Below, in pieces: positions 50,018 through 59,726 of a stretch of 64,000 nt of DNA. Each line of letters begins with the position of its first letter. Position 1 is the stretch's first letter. Position numbers and translations under genes: made by a program. The notes under the pieces were generated by a model. It did no database searches. It had not been told where the DNA came from and was given only the letters and a program-made list of their open reading frames with translations. This DNA is from Waterburya sp. (GTDB lineage: Bacteria > Cyanobacteriota > Cyanobacteriia > Cyanobacteriales > Xenococcaceae), in assembly GCA_965217895.1 (NCBI GenBank), contig CBDCJV010000002.1:672001-736000 (forward strand). Direction: 5' to 3'.

Positions 50018-50704
50018 ATGACTAGTAAAAATTTTTCTCGACTGCCTCAATGGTTACAAATTTTACAGAAAAATAGAGCGATCGCCATAATTCGTTGCCC
50101 TCAAATAAGCCTCGCCTACAAAATGGCTCAGGCAGTGGCAGCAGGAGGAATGAACCTAATTGAAATTACCTGGAATAGCGAGTCAAAAGGCAAAGCTGAC
50201 CGAAGTTCTGAAGATTTGATTACCCAGCTACGGTCTGAATTGCCCCACTGTACTATCGGTGCAGGAACAATTCTCAACTCAGAGCAATTACAGGCTGCGG
50301 TTAACGCTGGAGCGCAATTTGCTTTCTCTCCTTATTTCAGTCAGGAGTTGCTTGATGTTGCTCAATCTCTTTATCAAATACCCTTTGTGCCTGGAGTCTT
50401 TTCGCCAACGGAAATAGTCAACGCTTGGCAAAGCGGTGCAAAGGCGGTTAAGGTTTTTCCGATCAAATCCCTTGGTGGTGCAGAATATATTAGATGTCTA
50501 CAAGGTCCATTGAGCCAGATTCCTCTAATTCCTACCGGTGGCATAACCCTAGAAAATGCCTCAAAAATGATTGAAGTAGGAGCGATCGCCGTAGGGATTT
50601 CTAGTAGTCTTTTCCCACCCCAGGCGATCGCTAATCAAGACTGGTCAAGTATTTCTCTCAGGACTAAATATCTACTTGACAAATTACAGGGTATTAAAAA
50701 ATAA
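50018..50704 (+). CDS. eda: KHG/KDPG aldolase
   Basis: IEITW, IGAGT, PTEI, VKVFP, PTGGI. Confidence 0.92.
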   Translation: MTSKNFSRLPQWLQILQKNRAIAIIRCPQISLAYKMAQAVAAGGMNLIEITWNSESKGKADRSSEDLITQLRSELPHCTIGAGTILNSEQLQAAVNAGAQFAFSPYFSQELLDVAQSLYQIPFVPGVFSPTEIVNAWQSGAKAVKVFPIKSLGGAEYIRCLQGPLSQIPLIPTGGITLENASKMIEVGAIAVGISSSLFPPQAIANQDWSSISLRTKYLLDKLQGIKK

Positions 50705-50728
50705 ATCTGCTCATCTAGACAACTAAAA

Positions 50729-50766
50729 GAGCAGTTATGAAAAAATCGAGCAGTTATGAAAAAATC
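50729..50766. repeat. 19-bp tandem duplication
   Basis: GAGCAGTTATGAAAAAATC x2. Confidence 0.8.
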
Positions 50767-50781
50767 TCATCTAAAATTTTT

Positions 50782-50922
50782 TTAAAGATCGCCACCACGC
50801 AATGCTAATAAAAATATAACTACAGGCCCAGAGATCACAATCAAAGCTAGACAAAGCAGTTGAAAGATTACAGTAAAGTTGATATTACCAAAAACACTAA
50901 AAAGGTTGGTTACAAAGTCCAT
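50782..50922 (-). CDS. psb30: Photosystem II reaction center protein Psb30/Ycf12 (46 aa), not in the ORF track
   Basis: MDFVTNLFSVFGNINFTVIFQLLCLALIVISGPVVIFLLALRGGDL with AGGAG RBS. Confidence 0.95.
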   Translation of the reverse strand: MDFVTNLFSVFGNINFTVIFQLLCLALIVISGPVVIFLLALRGGDL

Positions 50923-51090
50923 TTTTGCTCCTAAAAGTTTATCAAAACCAAATCTATAAAAGTGGCTAAATCTTGCAAGCCATCATCTATAATACCTGGG
51001 AATTATCGGCTATTTCTAAGTAACGATACAAAAATACATAAACTTTTGTTGCGCTATACAAAGAGCGAAGCGTTACTAGCTTTTTTCAAA

Positions 51091-51380
51091 AGTAGCAGAT
51101 AGCAAGGAGCAAGTAGCAATTTTACCTCTCGTTAAAACAAGAGGATTGAAACAAAGAAATGTGTTTTATTTTTTTTCGTCTTTAAAGAGCGCAACGCGCA
51201 AGCGTTGCCAGTCGTCTTCGACGACGATCTGAGCCTGAAAGGCTCTGCGCTTTATACCAACTTCGGAGTTTTCTTAATTGCTATCTGCAGACGCGCCGAA
51301 GCGCTCTCGCCGTTGCGGAGCAACGTCGGCAGCCTCCAGGCTGCGCTACTTGCTACTTAACTCCGAAGGAGTTAGGTAAG
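51091..51380. repeat. Structured dispersed element, copy A (with two nested hairpin-cluster insertions)
   Basis: Colinear with 52225-52392. Confidence 0.75.
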
Positions 51381-51667
51381 CAGCACCTAAATATTGATTG
51401 TGAGGTGAAAATAAATTTTCTAGAGAAAAGTCGAGCAGAGAAGAAAATTACGTTTTAAATATTGGTTATTAAAAGCTTATTTTTTATACATATAGATAAA
51501 TTTTGGTAAAAACATTTAGCGGATAATTTACTTGATAACCAGAACAAATGTGAAGATCGTATAAAGTTCCTATTTTAATTGTTTAAATTTTGGCTGTGCT
51601 AAACTTTATTTTTTATACTACTTGAAGCACAGGGTAAAACTTAAAAGCTTTGCTTTAAGAATAAGAA

Positions 51668-52231
51668 ATGAAAACTAAATATTTATCGGCGTTGATGGTA
51701 ACGGGAGTGGTATCATCAATCAGCATTCGGGCGATCGCCGAATCATCAGATGCCCCTCAATTCAAATTTTCTTGCAAAGTAATCAATGGAATTCCTACTA
51801 CCCTAGCACAAGCTGTTGATAGCAAAGTCACTCAGCCAATCTTTCACTGGAAAAGTGAGGCGATCGCCTCTAAATCTTCCGCCACTCCCCAACAATTATG
51901 TGACAACGTTTCTACTCAGCTAGAGGAGTATTCTACAAGCGGTTACGATTTGTCACAAATCAGCTTTGTTGGCACTGAAGAAGAAGGAATTCCCTTGATT
52001 TGCGCCAATACTTCAGGTGGATTAGATTGCAGCAAAGTTTTGGTAACTTTGAGTGCTGCTAATAATCCTGCTGGTGTAGCTAGCGAGGTTGTAAACTCTA
52101 TTTTAGACAAAAATCTACGGCCAAAAGTATCCAAATCTAATGTCAGAGGTGTACAGTGTACATCCTACCAGGTTGATTTTTGGAGTTTGCTAGGTTTGGG
52201 GTTAAGTCCTAAGTTTCCTATTCACAAGTAG
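51668..52231 (+). CDS. COP23-like secreted protein
   Basis: Signal peptide; KFSC...PTT...IFHW...TPQQLCDNVS...PLICA...VLVTL. Confidence 0.75.
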   Translation: MKTKYLSALMVTGVVSSISIRAIAESSDAPQFKFSCKVINGIPTTLAQAVDSKVTQPIFHWKSEAIASKSSATPQQLCDNVSTQLEEYSTSGYDLSQISFVGTEEEGIPLICANTSGGLDCSKVLVTLSAANNPAGVASEVVNSILDKNLRPKVSKSNVRGVQCTSYQVDFWSLLGLGLSPKFPIHK

Positions 52232-52392
52232 CAAGTAGCAAGTTTTACCTCTTTCTTCAGAAAGAAGATTCCAATATTGAGTTGTGATTTGTTTCTTTTC
52301 GCCGTGAACGGCAAGGCTTTAGACCAACTTCGGAGCTTATTACTTAATTGCTACTTGCTACTCGCTACTTTAGCTCCGAAGGAGCTGGTAAG
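52225..52392. repeat. Structured dispersed element, copy B
   Basis: (CAAGTAG)n...TTTACCTCT...CCAACTTCGGAG...(CTACTTG)n...CTCCGAAGGAG. Confidence 0.75.
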
Positions 52393-52631
52393 TAAGGAGA
52401 GCGACACGAATTTGAATTCATAATGTTTACAAAAAAAAATTGTTTCTGAGAGTTAGCCGTTGAAATTCGGCGATCGCTATGATTAAAATAGACTCAGCAG
52501 CAGCTAATCCAGCTTCAATAGTTATAAATAGTTATAAATTGCCTCTTTAGCTAAATGATTCTTTTAAGATAGAGACATAGCTATTGCTTGTACATAATTT
52601 AAAACCGAGCAAGAAATCATAGAGGTTAATA

Positions 52632-53210
52632 ATGACAATTAATTTGAGTAAAGGGGAAAGAATCTCCTTAGAAAAAGTTTCCCCAGGACTAAAAGAAATT
52701 TTTATCGGCTTAGGCTGGGATATTAATCCGACTGATACTGGTGGTGATTTTGATATTGATGCGTCAATTTTTCTTTTAGACAGTAGTGAAAAGCTGATCT
52801 CTGATAAACACTTCATTTTTTACAATAACCTTTCTAGTCCAGACTCAGAAAAGTCGGTACAGCAAAGGGGCGATAATCGAACTGGCGCAGGGGAAGGAGA
52901 TGATGAAATCATTGATATGAAGCTGAAGACTGTTCCTCCAGAAGTTGATAAAGTTGCGATCGCTGTAACCATTCATGAAGCCGATAAACGTCAGCAAAAC
53001 TTTGGTCAGGTAAGTAACGCTTTTGTACGCATTGTAAACTGTGAAAACGAAGAGGAAATCATTCGCTACGATTTGACTGAAGACTTTTCTGTGGAAACAG
53101 CCTTAATTATGGCAGAAATGTACCGTAAAGACGGCGAATGGCGTATGAATGCCGTTGGTGCTGGATATGGAGGCGGATTACAAGCTTTAGTAGAAAGATA
53201 TCAAAAATAA
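52632..53210 (+). CDS. terD: TerD family stress protein
   Basis: INLSKGERISL, GLGWD, GDNRTGAGEGDDE. Confidence 0.92.
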   Translation: MTINLSKGERISLEKVSPGLKEIFIGLGWDINPTDTGGDFDIDASIFLLDSSEKLISDKHFIFYNNLSSPDSEKSVQQRGDNRTGAGEGDDEIIDMKLKTVPPEVDKVAIAVTIHEADKRQQNFGQVSNAFVRIVNCENEEEIIRYDLTEDFSVETALIMAEMYRKDGEWRMNAVGAGYGGGLQALVERYQK

Positions 53211-53320
53211 GGGATAAAAGATGAGGAGTGAAGGATGAGGAAATACAAAAAAATTACTTTGCCTTTCTTCTCTTCTTCTATCTGGTGTAAAAACTAACAA
53301 CTAATAACTAACAACCAAAT

Positions 53321-53896
53321 ATGGCAGTAAATCTTAGTAAAGGACAGCGTATATCTTTAGAAAAAGTCGCCCCAGGCTTAAGCGAAGTTTTTGTGGGTTT
53401 GGGTTGGGATACTAATATTACCGACACGGGAAATGACTTTGATATTGATGCGTCAGTTTTTTTGGTAAACAGTAATGAAAAATTAATTTCTGATAGTCAC
53501 TTTATTTTTTATAACAATCTTGTTAGTCCTGATGCAAATAAGTCTGTAGAGCATTTAGGAGATAACCGAACAGGTGCAGGAGAAGGAGACGATGAAGTAG
53601 TCAAAGTTAAACTTAAGCAAGTTCCTGAAGACGTGAATAAAATCGTGATGACCGTCACGATTCACGAAGCCGAAAAGCGTCAACAGAATTTTGGTCAAGT
53701 ACAAAATGCTTTTGTAAGAGTTGTAAATGCAGAAAATAAAGAAGAAGTGATACGTTATGACCTCTCAGAAGATTTTTCTGTGGAAACTGCCCTGATTATG
53801 GCAGAACTTTATCGCAAGGATGGTGAATGGCGCATTAATGCTGTAGGTGCTGGTTATCAGGGTGGTTTAGAAGCATTGCTAAATCGTTATCAATAA
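53321..53896 (+). CDS. TerD/TerE family stress protein
   Basis: Close paralog of the preceding gene. Confidence 0.92.
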   Translation: MAVNLSKGQRISLEKVAPGLSEVFVGLGWDTNITDTGNDFDIDASVFLVNSNEKLISDSHFIFYNNLVSPDANKSVEHLGDNRTGAGEGDDEVVKVKLKQVPEDVNKIVMTVTIHEAEKRQQNFGQVQNAFVRVVNAENKEEVIRYDLSEDFSVETALIMAELYRKDGEWRINAVGAGYQGGLEALLNRYQ

Positions 53897-53928
53897 ATAA
53901 TTAAAAACTCACAATTAATAATTAAATA

Positions 53929-54519
53929 ATGGCAATCAATCTTACAAAAGGACAACGTATTTCTCTTACTAAAGAAGATCCTAGTCTCAAACAAATGATG
54001 TGTGGTCTTGGTTGGGATGTTGCGCCAAAATCTGGCGGTTTCTTTGGAGGGAATAAACAATTCGATCTTGATTCTTCGGTACTTTGCTTAGATGCAGATA
54101 AGAAGTTGAGCGATGTTAAAAATATAGTTTACTTTGGTAATTTAAGACATAGCTCTAGCGCGATCGCCCACCAGGGAGACAACTTAACTGGTGCAGGAGA
54201 AGGAGACGACGAAGTGATTAACATCGATTTACCTTTAATTCCTTCCAGCATTGCTTATTTAGTATTCGCCATCAACATCTATAAATGCGAACAGCGCAAG
54301 CAAGATTTTGGTATGGTAGACAATGCCTTTGTGCGTTTAGTCAACCGCCAAAGTAATCAAGAATTAGCTCGCTATAACCTTTCTGGTGCAGAATATCAAG
54401 GCATGACGGGAATGATTCTCGCCGAAGTCTATCGTAAAGATGAAGAGTGGAAAATGGCAGCAGTGGGCAACGGGTTTAAGGTATCTACTTTAGCCGACAT
54501 TGCTAAAATTTATACTTAA
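53929..54519 (+). CDS. TerD family protein (TerZ-like)
   Basis: GLGWD..GGFFGG, GDNLTGAGEGDDE, ELARY. Confidence 0.9.
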   Translation: MAINLTKGQRISLTKEDPSLKQMMCGLGWDVAPKSGGFFGGNKQFDLDSSVLCLDADKKLSDVKNIVYFGNLRHSSSAIAHQGDNLTGAGEGDDEVINIDLPLIPSSIAYLVFAINIYKCEQRKQDFGMVDNAFVRLVNRQSNQELARYNLSGAEYQGMTGMILAEVYRKDEEWKMAAVGNGFKVSTLADIAKIYT

Positions 54520-54663
54520 ATTGGTATTAGTGGCGATCGCTTTACAACAAAATACGCTCTGCGATTGTCTCATCAAAACAATCATAGTAGATTTTTGTCG
54601 GGTCAAGGAGATGGAGTAGTGAAGATGGAGAAGAGTATAAACTCCACCACTCCACTACTCCAA

Positions 54664-55578
54664 TTACTGCACAAAAACTATTTTCGGTTTAATTTTTAAT
54701 ACGTCGTTGCGTTCGATTAAAATACTAACTCCCAAAAAAGTATCTGTTGCTGAATAAATAATTATGTAACTATCTCTATCTAATAACGATATTTCTTTGC
54801 TACTTGCTGTAGCTTGACTTAGATCTACTAACTGCCCTTGACAAAAGAATTTTGAATCCTCATTCAGGGTTACAGAATCTAAATGAGCAAGTAGCAAACT
54901 AGGTTCAATCAAACTAAAAGTTTTTTGTTGCAGTTGGCTTTCTATCTCTTCAAAGGTAATACTGTTATCTAGCTGCATCCCACAGCTTTGAGTGCGGATA
55001 AGATTTGCTAAAGTACCACCTACGCCTAAATTTTTGCCCAAATCTCGCGCGATCGCTCTAATATAAGTACCAGGACTACAGTTAATATCTATTTCTAGTT
55101 CGTAAAATTGATCGTGGTAAATATTTAGTAATTCAATTTTGCTAACCGTTACTTTCCTAGATTCAATTTCAATCTCTTCTCCTTTCCTTGCCAATTCATA
55201 AAGCTTTTTGCCGTTTTTTTTAATCGCGCTATAAATTGGTGGCACTTGTTCAATTGTGCCAACAAAACTATTTAAGCAAGAGACAATCTGCGATCGATCT
55301 AGATTTACTTGCTCGACGCTTTGAATTACTTCTCCTTCTAAATCATCGGTAGTTGTCGTTATCCCTAGACGAATCTTAGCGCGATAGGCTTTTGCTGGAG
55401 GTAAAAACTGAAGTAGTCTAGTAGCTTTGCCTACTGCTACGGGCAATACCCCAGTTGCAGCAGGATCTAAAGTTCCACCATGACCGATTTTTTTAGTGTT
55501 TAATAACTTTCTTAGTTTGGCAACGCAATCATGGGAAGTAAAGCCAGCAGGCTTATGCAAATTTATAAAACCAAACAT
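54664..55578 (-). CDS. truB: tRNA pseudouridine(55) synthase
   Basis: GHGGTLDP, GTYIRAIARD. Confidence 0.97.
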   Translation of the reverse strand: MFGFINLHKPAGFTSHDCVAKLRKLLNTKKIGHGGTLDPAATGVLPVAVGKATRLLQFLPPAKAYRAKIRLGITTTTDDLEGEVIQSVEQVNLDRSQIVSCLNSFVGTIEQVPPIYSAIKKNGKKLYELARKGEEIEIESRKVTVSKIELLNIYHDQFYELEIDINCSPGTYIRAIARDLGKNLGVGGTLANLIRTQSCGMQLDNSITFEEIESQLQQKTFSLIEPSLLLAHLDSVTLNEDSKFFCQGQLVDLSQATASSKEISLLDRDSYIIIYSATDTFLGVSILIERNDVLKIKPKIVFVQ

Positions 55579-55607
55579 TTAAACTAAAGCTCTTATTGAT
55601 TAAAAGG

Positions 55608-56414
55608 TTATTTTCTTAGGTCGATGCCCATTCCTTCTCGGCGTACTCTTAAATCGTAATAAATTACGGCTTTAACCGATTGCCATAGAGGAAGTATAAA
55701 AGCACTAGCTCCTAAAATAAAAACAATGTAGAATAAATACCCAATTCCTGCTAAAGCAGAATTATTGTCTAGTGCAGTACCAATGATTAGCTGTAAAATT
55801 ACGCTCAGTATATTAATCCCAATGCCGATTGGCAGACTAATCAGAAAAACCAAAAACACAATAATTTGAATTCGCCCTACAGAGCCTTTGGTTAATTGCC
55901 AAGCTCTCTTGATTGTATTAGTAACATTAGCATTTTTTTCTATTGCCAAAGGTAGCTCAACTAAAAATAGTTTAGAAAAAAGCCAAATGATGCCAAGAAT
56001 AAATAACAAAATAGCAGCTACTATCACTAAACTAATAACAACTGTTCCTAAGACTCCAAAAGAACTTTTGTTAAACAAAGCTCCTGCAATTCCCAAGGCA
56101 ATAACCATAATCAAAGTATAAAAAATGGTTGCCCCAAACAAAATAAGACCGACTAGAATTCCCGCGATCAAGAAGCTCCACATCCTAGGATTAACATAGC
56201 GTTGAGCATCTCTAACTGTTTCTGGTTGTTCGGCAACTTCTTTAAATGCTAGACGAGAAATAATTCCCGTCATGGCTGAAAATTTTGCCCAGCCATAAAT
56301 AGGCACCAAGATCCATAAGTAGCCAAAAAACGCTAACTTGAAATACTTTTTAAAATTATCTCGATAGATACGCAAACCTGCACTAACTACATTACCAACG
56401 CTTAAAGGCTTCAT
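55608..56414 (-). CDS. Membrane protein (DUF975/GDPD membrane-domain-like)
   Basis: PLSVGNVVSAG...YYDLRVRREG; multiple TM helices. Confidence 0.8.
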   Translation of the reverse strand: MKPLSVGNVVSAGLRIYRDNFKKYFKLAFFGYLWILVPIYGWAKFSAMTGIISRLAFKEVAEQPETVRDAQRYVNPRMWSFLIAGILVGLILFGATIFYTLIMVIALGIAGALFNKSSFGVLGTVVISLVIVAAILLFILGIIWLFSKLFLVELPLAIEKNANVTNTIKRAWQLTKGSVGRIQIIVFLVFLISLPIGIGINILSVILQLIIGTALDNNSALAGIGYLFYIVFILGASAFILPLWQSVKAVIYYDLRVRREGMGIDLRK

Positions 56415-56554
56415 AATTTATAATTCACTCCTAGAGATTGTTTAATAGTGTCGCTACACTCTCAACTTATTTAGTTAGCAACACTACTAATTTCTATTTT
56501 TCCCTGAAAGGCAGAATTAATCACTGTGGTTGTTATGCTTCAAATTGCTACTTA

Positions 56555-56717
56555 TACCAACTCTCTATGATAATGCACTAGATAAAATCTACCCCCTTAG
56601 CGTCTGTCTTGGTGCGCGTTCCCTTGCGCCTTACGTCGACGCGGGGTCGCACCGCTTTGCGTCTTTGCGAGAGTTTTAAGCTCAAATACTTAAGTGCAAC
56701 TTCAAGGAGAAATGGTA
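56555..56717. mobile_element. MITE with imperfect 25-bp TIRs
   Basis: TACCAACTCTCTATGATAATGCACT versus the reverse complement of the right end, TACCATTTCTCCTTGAAGTTGCACT. Confidence 0.7.
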
Positions 56718-56847
56718 TTACATCAAATTAAACAGAATAAAAATCTTAAAGCAACGATTCTCAACGATTTTGTTGGCGGAAGATTGCTTATGATATTTTA
56801 AGACAGTCTTGATTACTGCGGTTATCTACAAAGAAAAATAAAGCAAT

Positions 56848-58269
56848 ATGGCACGTAGCTCCTTACAGTTAAATAGTGAATGGATACCAAAAGTAGAGGA
56901 ATCTTTAGCCACCAAGCAATTAACGCAGCGAACAATTGCCGATCGCTTGAATATATCCCGTTCATCAGTCTCCAAATTTATTAATTGTAAACCGATCGCT
57001 CTAAATACTTTTATTCGTCTCTGCCAAGAATTAAATCTTGATTGGAATGGTGCGTCTCAACCAGAAAGAGAATGGAACGACCAAATTGAAAGTTTTAAGT
57101 TTAAAAATGAAGATTTTAAAGTAAATCCAGGAGGACAAATATCTCCAGAAGAGATAGTCGGTAGAGAAGAACTAATCGCCAGTCTTTGGGATAGATTAAG
57201 TCAACAAAGCCTTATTTTCAGTGGTGAGAGGCGGATCGGCAAGAGCAGCATCCTCAAAAAAATGACCGCCGAAGCACCTCCAAATATGCTGCCTATCTAT
57301 CGCGATTTAGAAGGAATTAGAACGCCAATTGAATTTGTCGAGGCGGTTTGGCAAGATACGGAAACTTACCTTAGAGAAGCTGGCAAAGCTAGACGAGTTA
57401 GAGAGTTTATTAGTGAACTAGCTGGTACTTACTTTAGCGGTTATCAGTTTCCTGATGTAGCAGCGGCACATTGGAAAACTTTGTTGACTAAAACAATTGA
57501 AGATTTAGTAACCCTGCAAAACAAACAGGTAATCTTTATTTGGGATGAGATGTCGCATTTATTAGGCAACTTTAGTGACGATGCAGCCATGGAAACCTTA
57601 GATGTTTTGCGATCGCTCCGCCAGACTTATCCCGATATCCGCATGATATTTTCTGGCTCAATTGGTTTACATCACATCATTAAAAACTTACAGAAAGCAG
57701 GCTATAGCAACGATCCAACTAATGATATGTATCCTATCGATGGTCAACCACTATCTTTAGAAGCTGCAACTCAACTAGCTATTAATCTACTTGCAGGAGA
57801 AGATATAGCCGTCGATCACCCTCAAGAAATAGCTGAGGAAATTGCTCTAGCAGTGGACTGCATTCCCTTTTATATCCATCACCTAGTCAATCAGCTTAAA
57901 GATATTGAAGGAGAAATTACCTCAGAAGATATTAGTAATACCGTAGTTGAATGCTTGCGTAATCCTCTCAACCTTTGGAAGTTGGATCATTACCGCGAGC
58001 GAATTGATAATTACTACAGCGACGATCGACAACCCTATGCTTTAGAAATTTTGGATATTTTATCAATTAATCCGCCCACTCCTTTTTCAAGACTATGGCA
58101 GTATCTTAAAACCGAACCAGATACTAAGGATAAAGAAACCGCTAGAAATGTCTTAAGGCTGTTAATGAAAGATTACTATGTGGTGCAAGAAGATAATTTA
58201 TCTGGTAGTACCTATACCTTTCGTTATCAACTGGTGCAAAGATACTGGCAGCTTTCTAGAGGCTTGTAA
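56848..58269 (+). CDS. XRE-HTH / P-loop ATPase (STAND-like) fusion
   Basis: N-terminal TQRTIADRLNISRSSVSKF HTH; Walker A GERRIGKS; Walker B IFIWDE. Confidence 0.85.
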   Translation: MARSSLQLNSEWIPKVEESLATKQLTQRTIADRLNISRSSVSKFINCKPIALNTFIRLCQELNLDWNGASQPEREWNDQIESFKFKNEDFKVNPGGQISPEEIVGREELIASLWDRLSQQSLIFSGERRIGKSSILKKMTAEAPPNMLPIYRDLEGIRTPIEFVEAVWQDTETYLREAGKARRVREFISELAGTYFSGYQFPDVAAAHWKTLLTKTIEDLVTLQNKQVIFIWDEMSHLLGNFSDDAAMETLDVLRSLRQTYPDIRMIFSGSIGLHHIIKNLQKAGYSNDPTNDMYPIDGQPLSLEAATQLAINLLAGEDIAVDHPQEIAEEIALAVDCIPFYIHHLVNQLKDIEGEITSEDISNTVVECLRNPLNLWKLDHYRERIDNYYSDDRQPYALEILDILSINPPTPFSRLWQYLKTEPDTKDKETARNVLRLLMKDYYVVQEDNLSGSTYTFRYQLVQRYWQLSRGL

Positions 58270-59651
58270 TGAGTAAATTTTTTATAAATAAATCCTTAGC
58301 CACAACTTTAAAACAAAGACGAGTTAAATTAGGGCAACTGATTCAACATCCAGTTATTTTGTGGTCTGGTAGTTCTATCAGCCGCAATTTTTCTGCTAAT
58401 AAGTTTCCTTTTCGCGCCAGTAGCCACTTTTTGTATTTTGCGGGATTACCCTTAGCTGATGCTGCTATCCGTCTAGAAGGTGGCAAACTAGAGTTATTTA
58501 TGGATAATAATTCACCTTCTCAAGCAATCTGGCATGGCGCAACTCCGCAACCAGAAGAAATCGGCGCAATGATTGGTGCAGATTTAGTTTATCCCTTGGC
58601 TGAATTAGCCAAAAAAACAGAAGGTGCTGCAACTATAGCCGTACAGGAGCAAATTACCTACCAGCAGCAGTGTAAACTATTAAATCGTCCCTTAGCATTA
58701 TCCGATCGCGCTTCAGGAATAGATTTAGAATTAGCACAAGCCATAGTCAAATTGCGATCGCATCACGATGATTTGGCATTACAAGAATTACGATACTCTG
58801 CTGCGGTATCAGTCCAAGCACATAAAGCAGGAATGCAGGCCACTAGACATTCTTCTACTGAGGCAGAGATACGAGGGGCAATAGAAGGAGTAATTATTGC
58901 CCACAATATGAGTTGTGCTTACAACAGCATTGTTACCGTGCATGGAGAAGTTTTACATAACGAGTCCTATCACAATAAGCTACAGACTGGAGATCTGATC
59001 TTAGCCGATGTCGGTGCAGAAACTTCTAACGGCTGGGCAGCAGATATTACCCGTACCTGGGCAGTGTCAGGCAAGTTTTCTAGTACGCAAAAAGATATTT
59101 ATGAAATAGTTTTAGAGGCACACGATCGCTGTATTGCTAAAATATGCCCTGGTGTGGAGTATCAGGATATTCATTTACTAGCTGCCCAAATAATTGCCGA
59201 AGGTTTAGTAAGTTTGGGCATTTTTAAAGGCAATCCTCAAGATTTAGTAGATATGGATGCCCATGCTCTATTTTTCCCCCACGGTGTCGGACATTTACTT
59301 GGTCTAGATGTTCATGATATGGAAGACTTAGGAGACTTGGCGGGATATGCAGCAGAAAGAAAGAGGAGCGATCGCTTTGGATTAGGATATCTTAGATTAA
59401 ATCGCCCTTTAGAGTCAGGAATGTTAGTCACGATTGAACCAGGTTTTTATCAAGTTCCTGCTATTTTGAACAACGCCGATTTTCGTGATAAATATCAAGA
59501 TGTAGTTGACTGGGAACGTTTGACACAGTTTAGTGATGTCAGAGGTATCCGCATTGAAGATGATGTTTTAGTAACTGATTTGGGTACAGAAGTTCTAACT
59601 GCGAAGTTGCCAACTAAGGTAGAAGATATAGAAGCTTTAGTATCGAGTTAG
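58269..59651 (+). CDS. pepP: Xaa-Pro aminopeptidase (M24B)
   Basis: DVGAE, ADITRT, PHGVGHLLGLDVHD, TIEPG, GIRIEDD. Confidence 0.93.
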   Translation: MSKFFINKSLATTLKQRRVKLGQLIQHPVILWSGSSISRNFSANKFPFRASSHFLYFAGLPLADAAIRLEGGKLELFMDNNSPSQAIWHGATPQPEEIGAMIGADLVYPLAELAKKTEGAATIAVQEQITYQQQCKLLNRPLALSDRASGIDLELAQAIVKLRSHHDDLALQELRYSAAVSVQAHKAGMQATRHSSTEAEIRGAIEGVIIAHNMSCAYNSIVTVHGEVLHNESYHNKLQTGDLILADVGAETSNGWAADITRTWAVSGKFSSTQKDIYEIVLEAHDRCIAKICPGVEYQDIHLLAAQIIAEGLVSLGIFKGNPQDLVDMDAHALFFPHGVGHLLGLDVHDMEDLGDLAGYAAERKRSDRFGLGYLRLNRPLESGMLVTIEPGFYQVPAILNNADFRDKYQDVVDWERLTQFSDVRGIRIEDDVLVTDLGTEVLTAKLPTKVEDIEALVSS

Positions 59652-59726
59652 AAATAGTAATAAATGCCATATATAAGTAGGTGGGTGAAATTAATTAGAA
59701 GATAGTCTTCGTAAAAAGTAAAAAGT

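Noticed and set aside
51187..51346. tRNA genes, suggested by cloverleaf-like hairpins
   Set aside because: No T-loop or D-loop consensus and no acceptor stem; better explained as repeat inserts.
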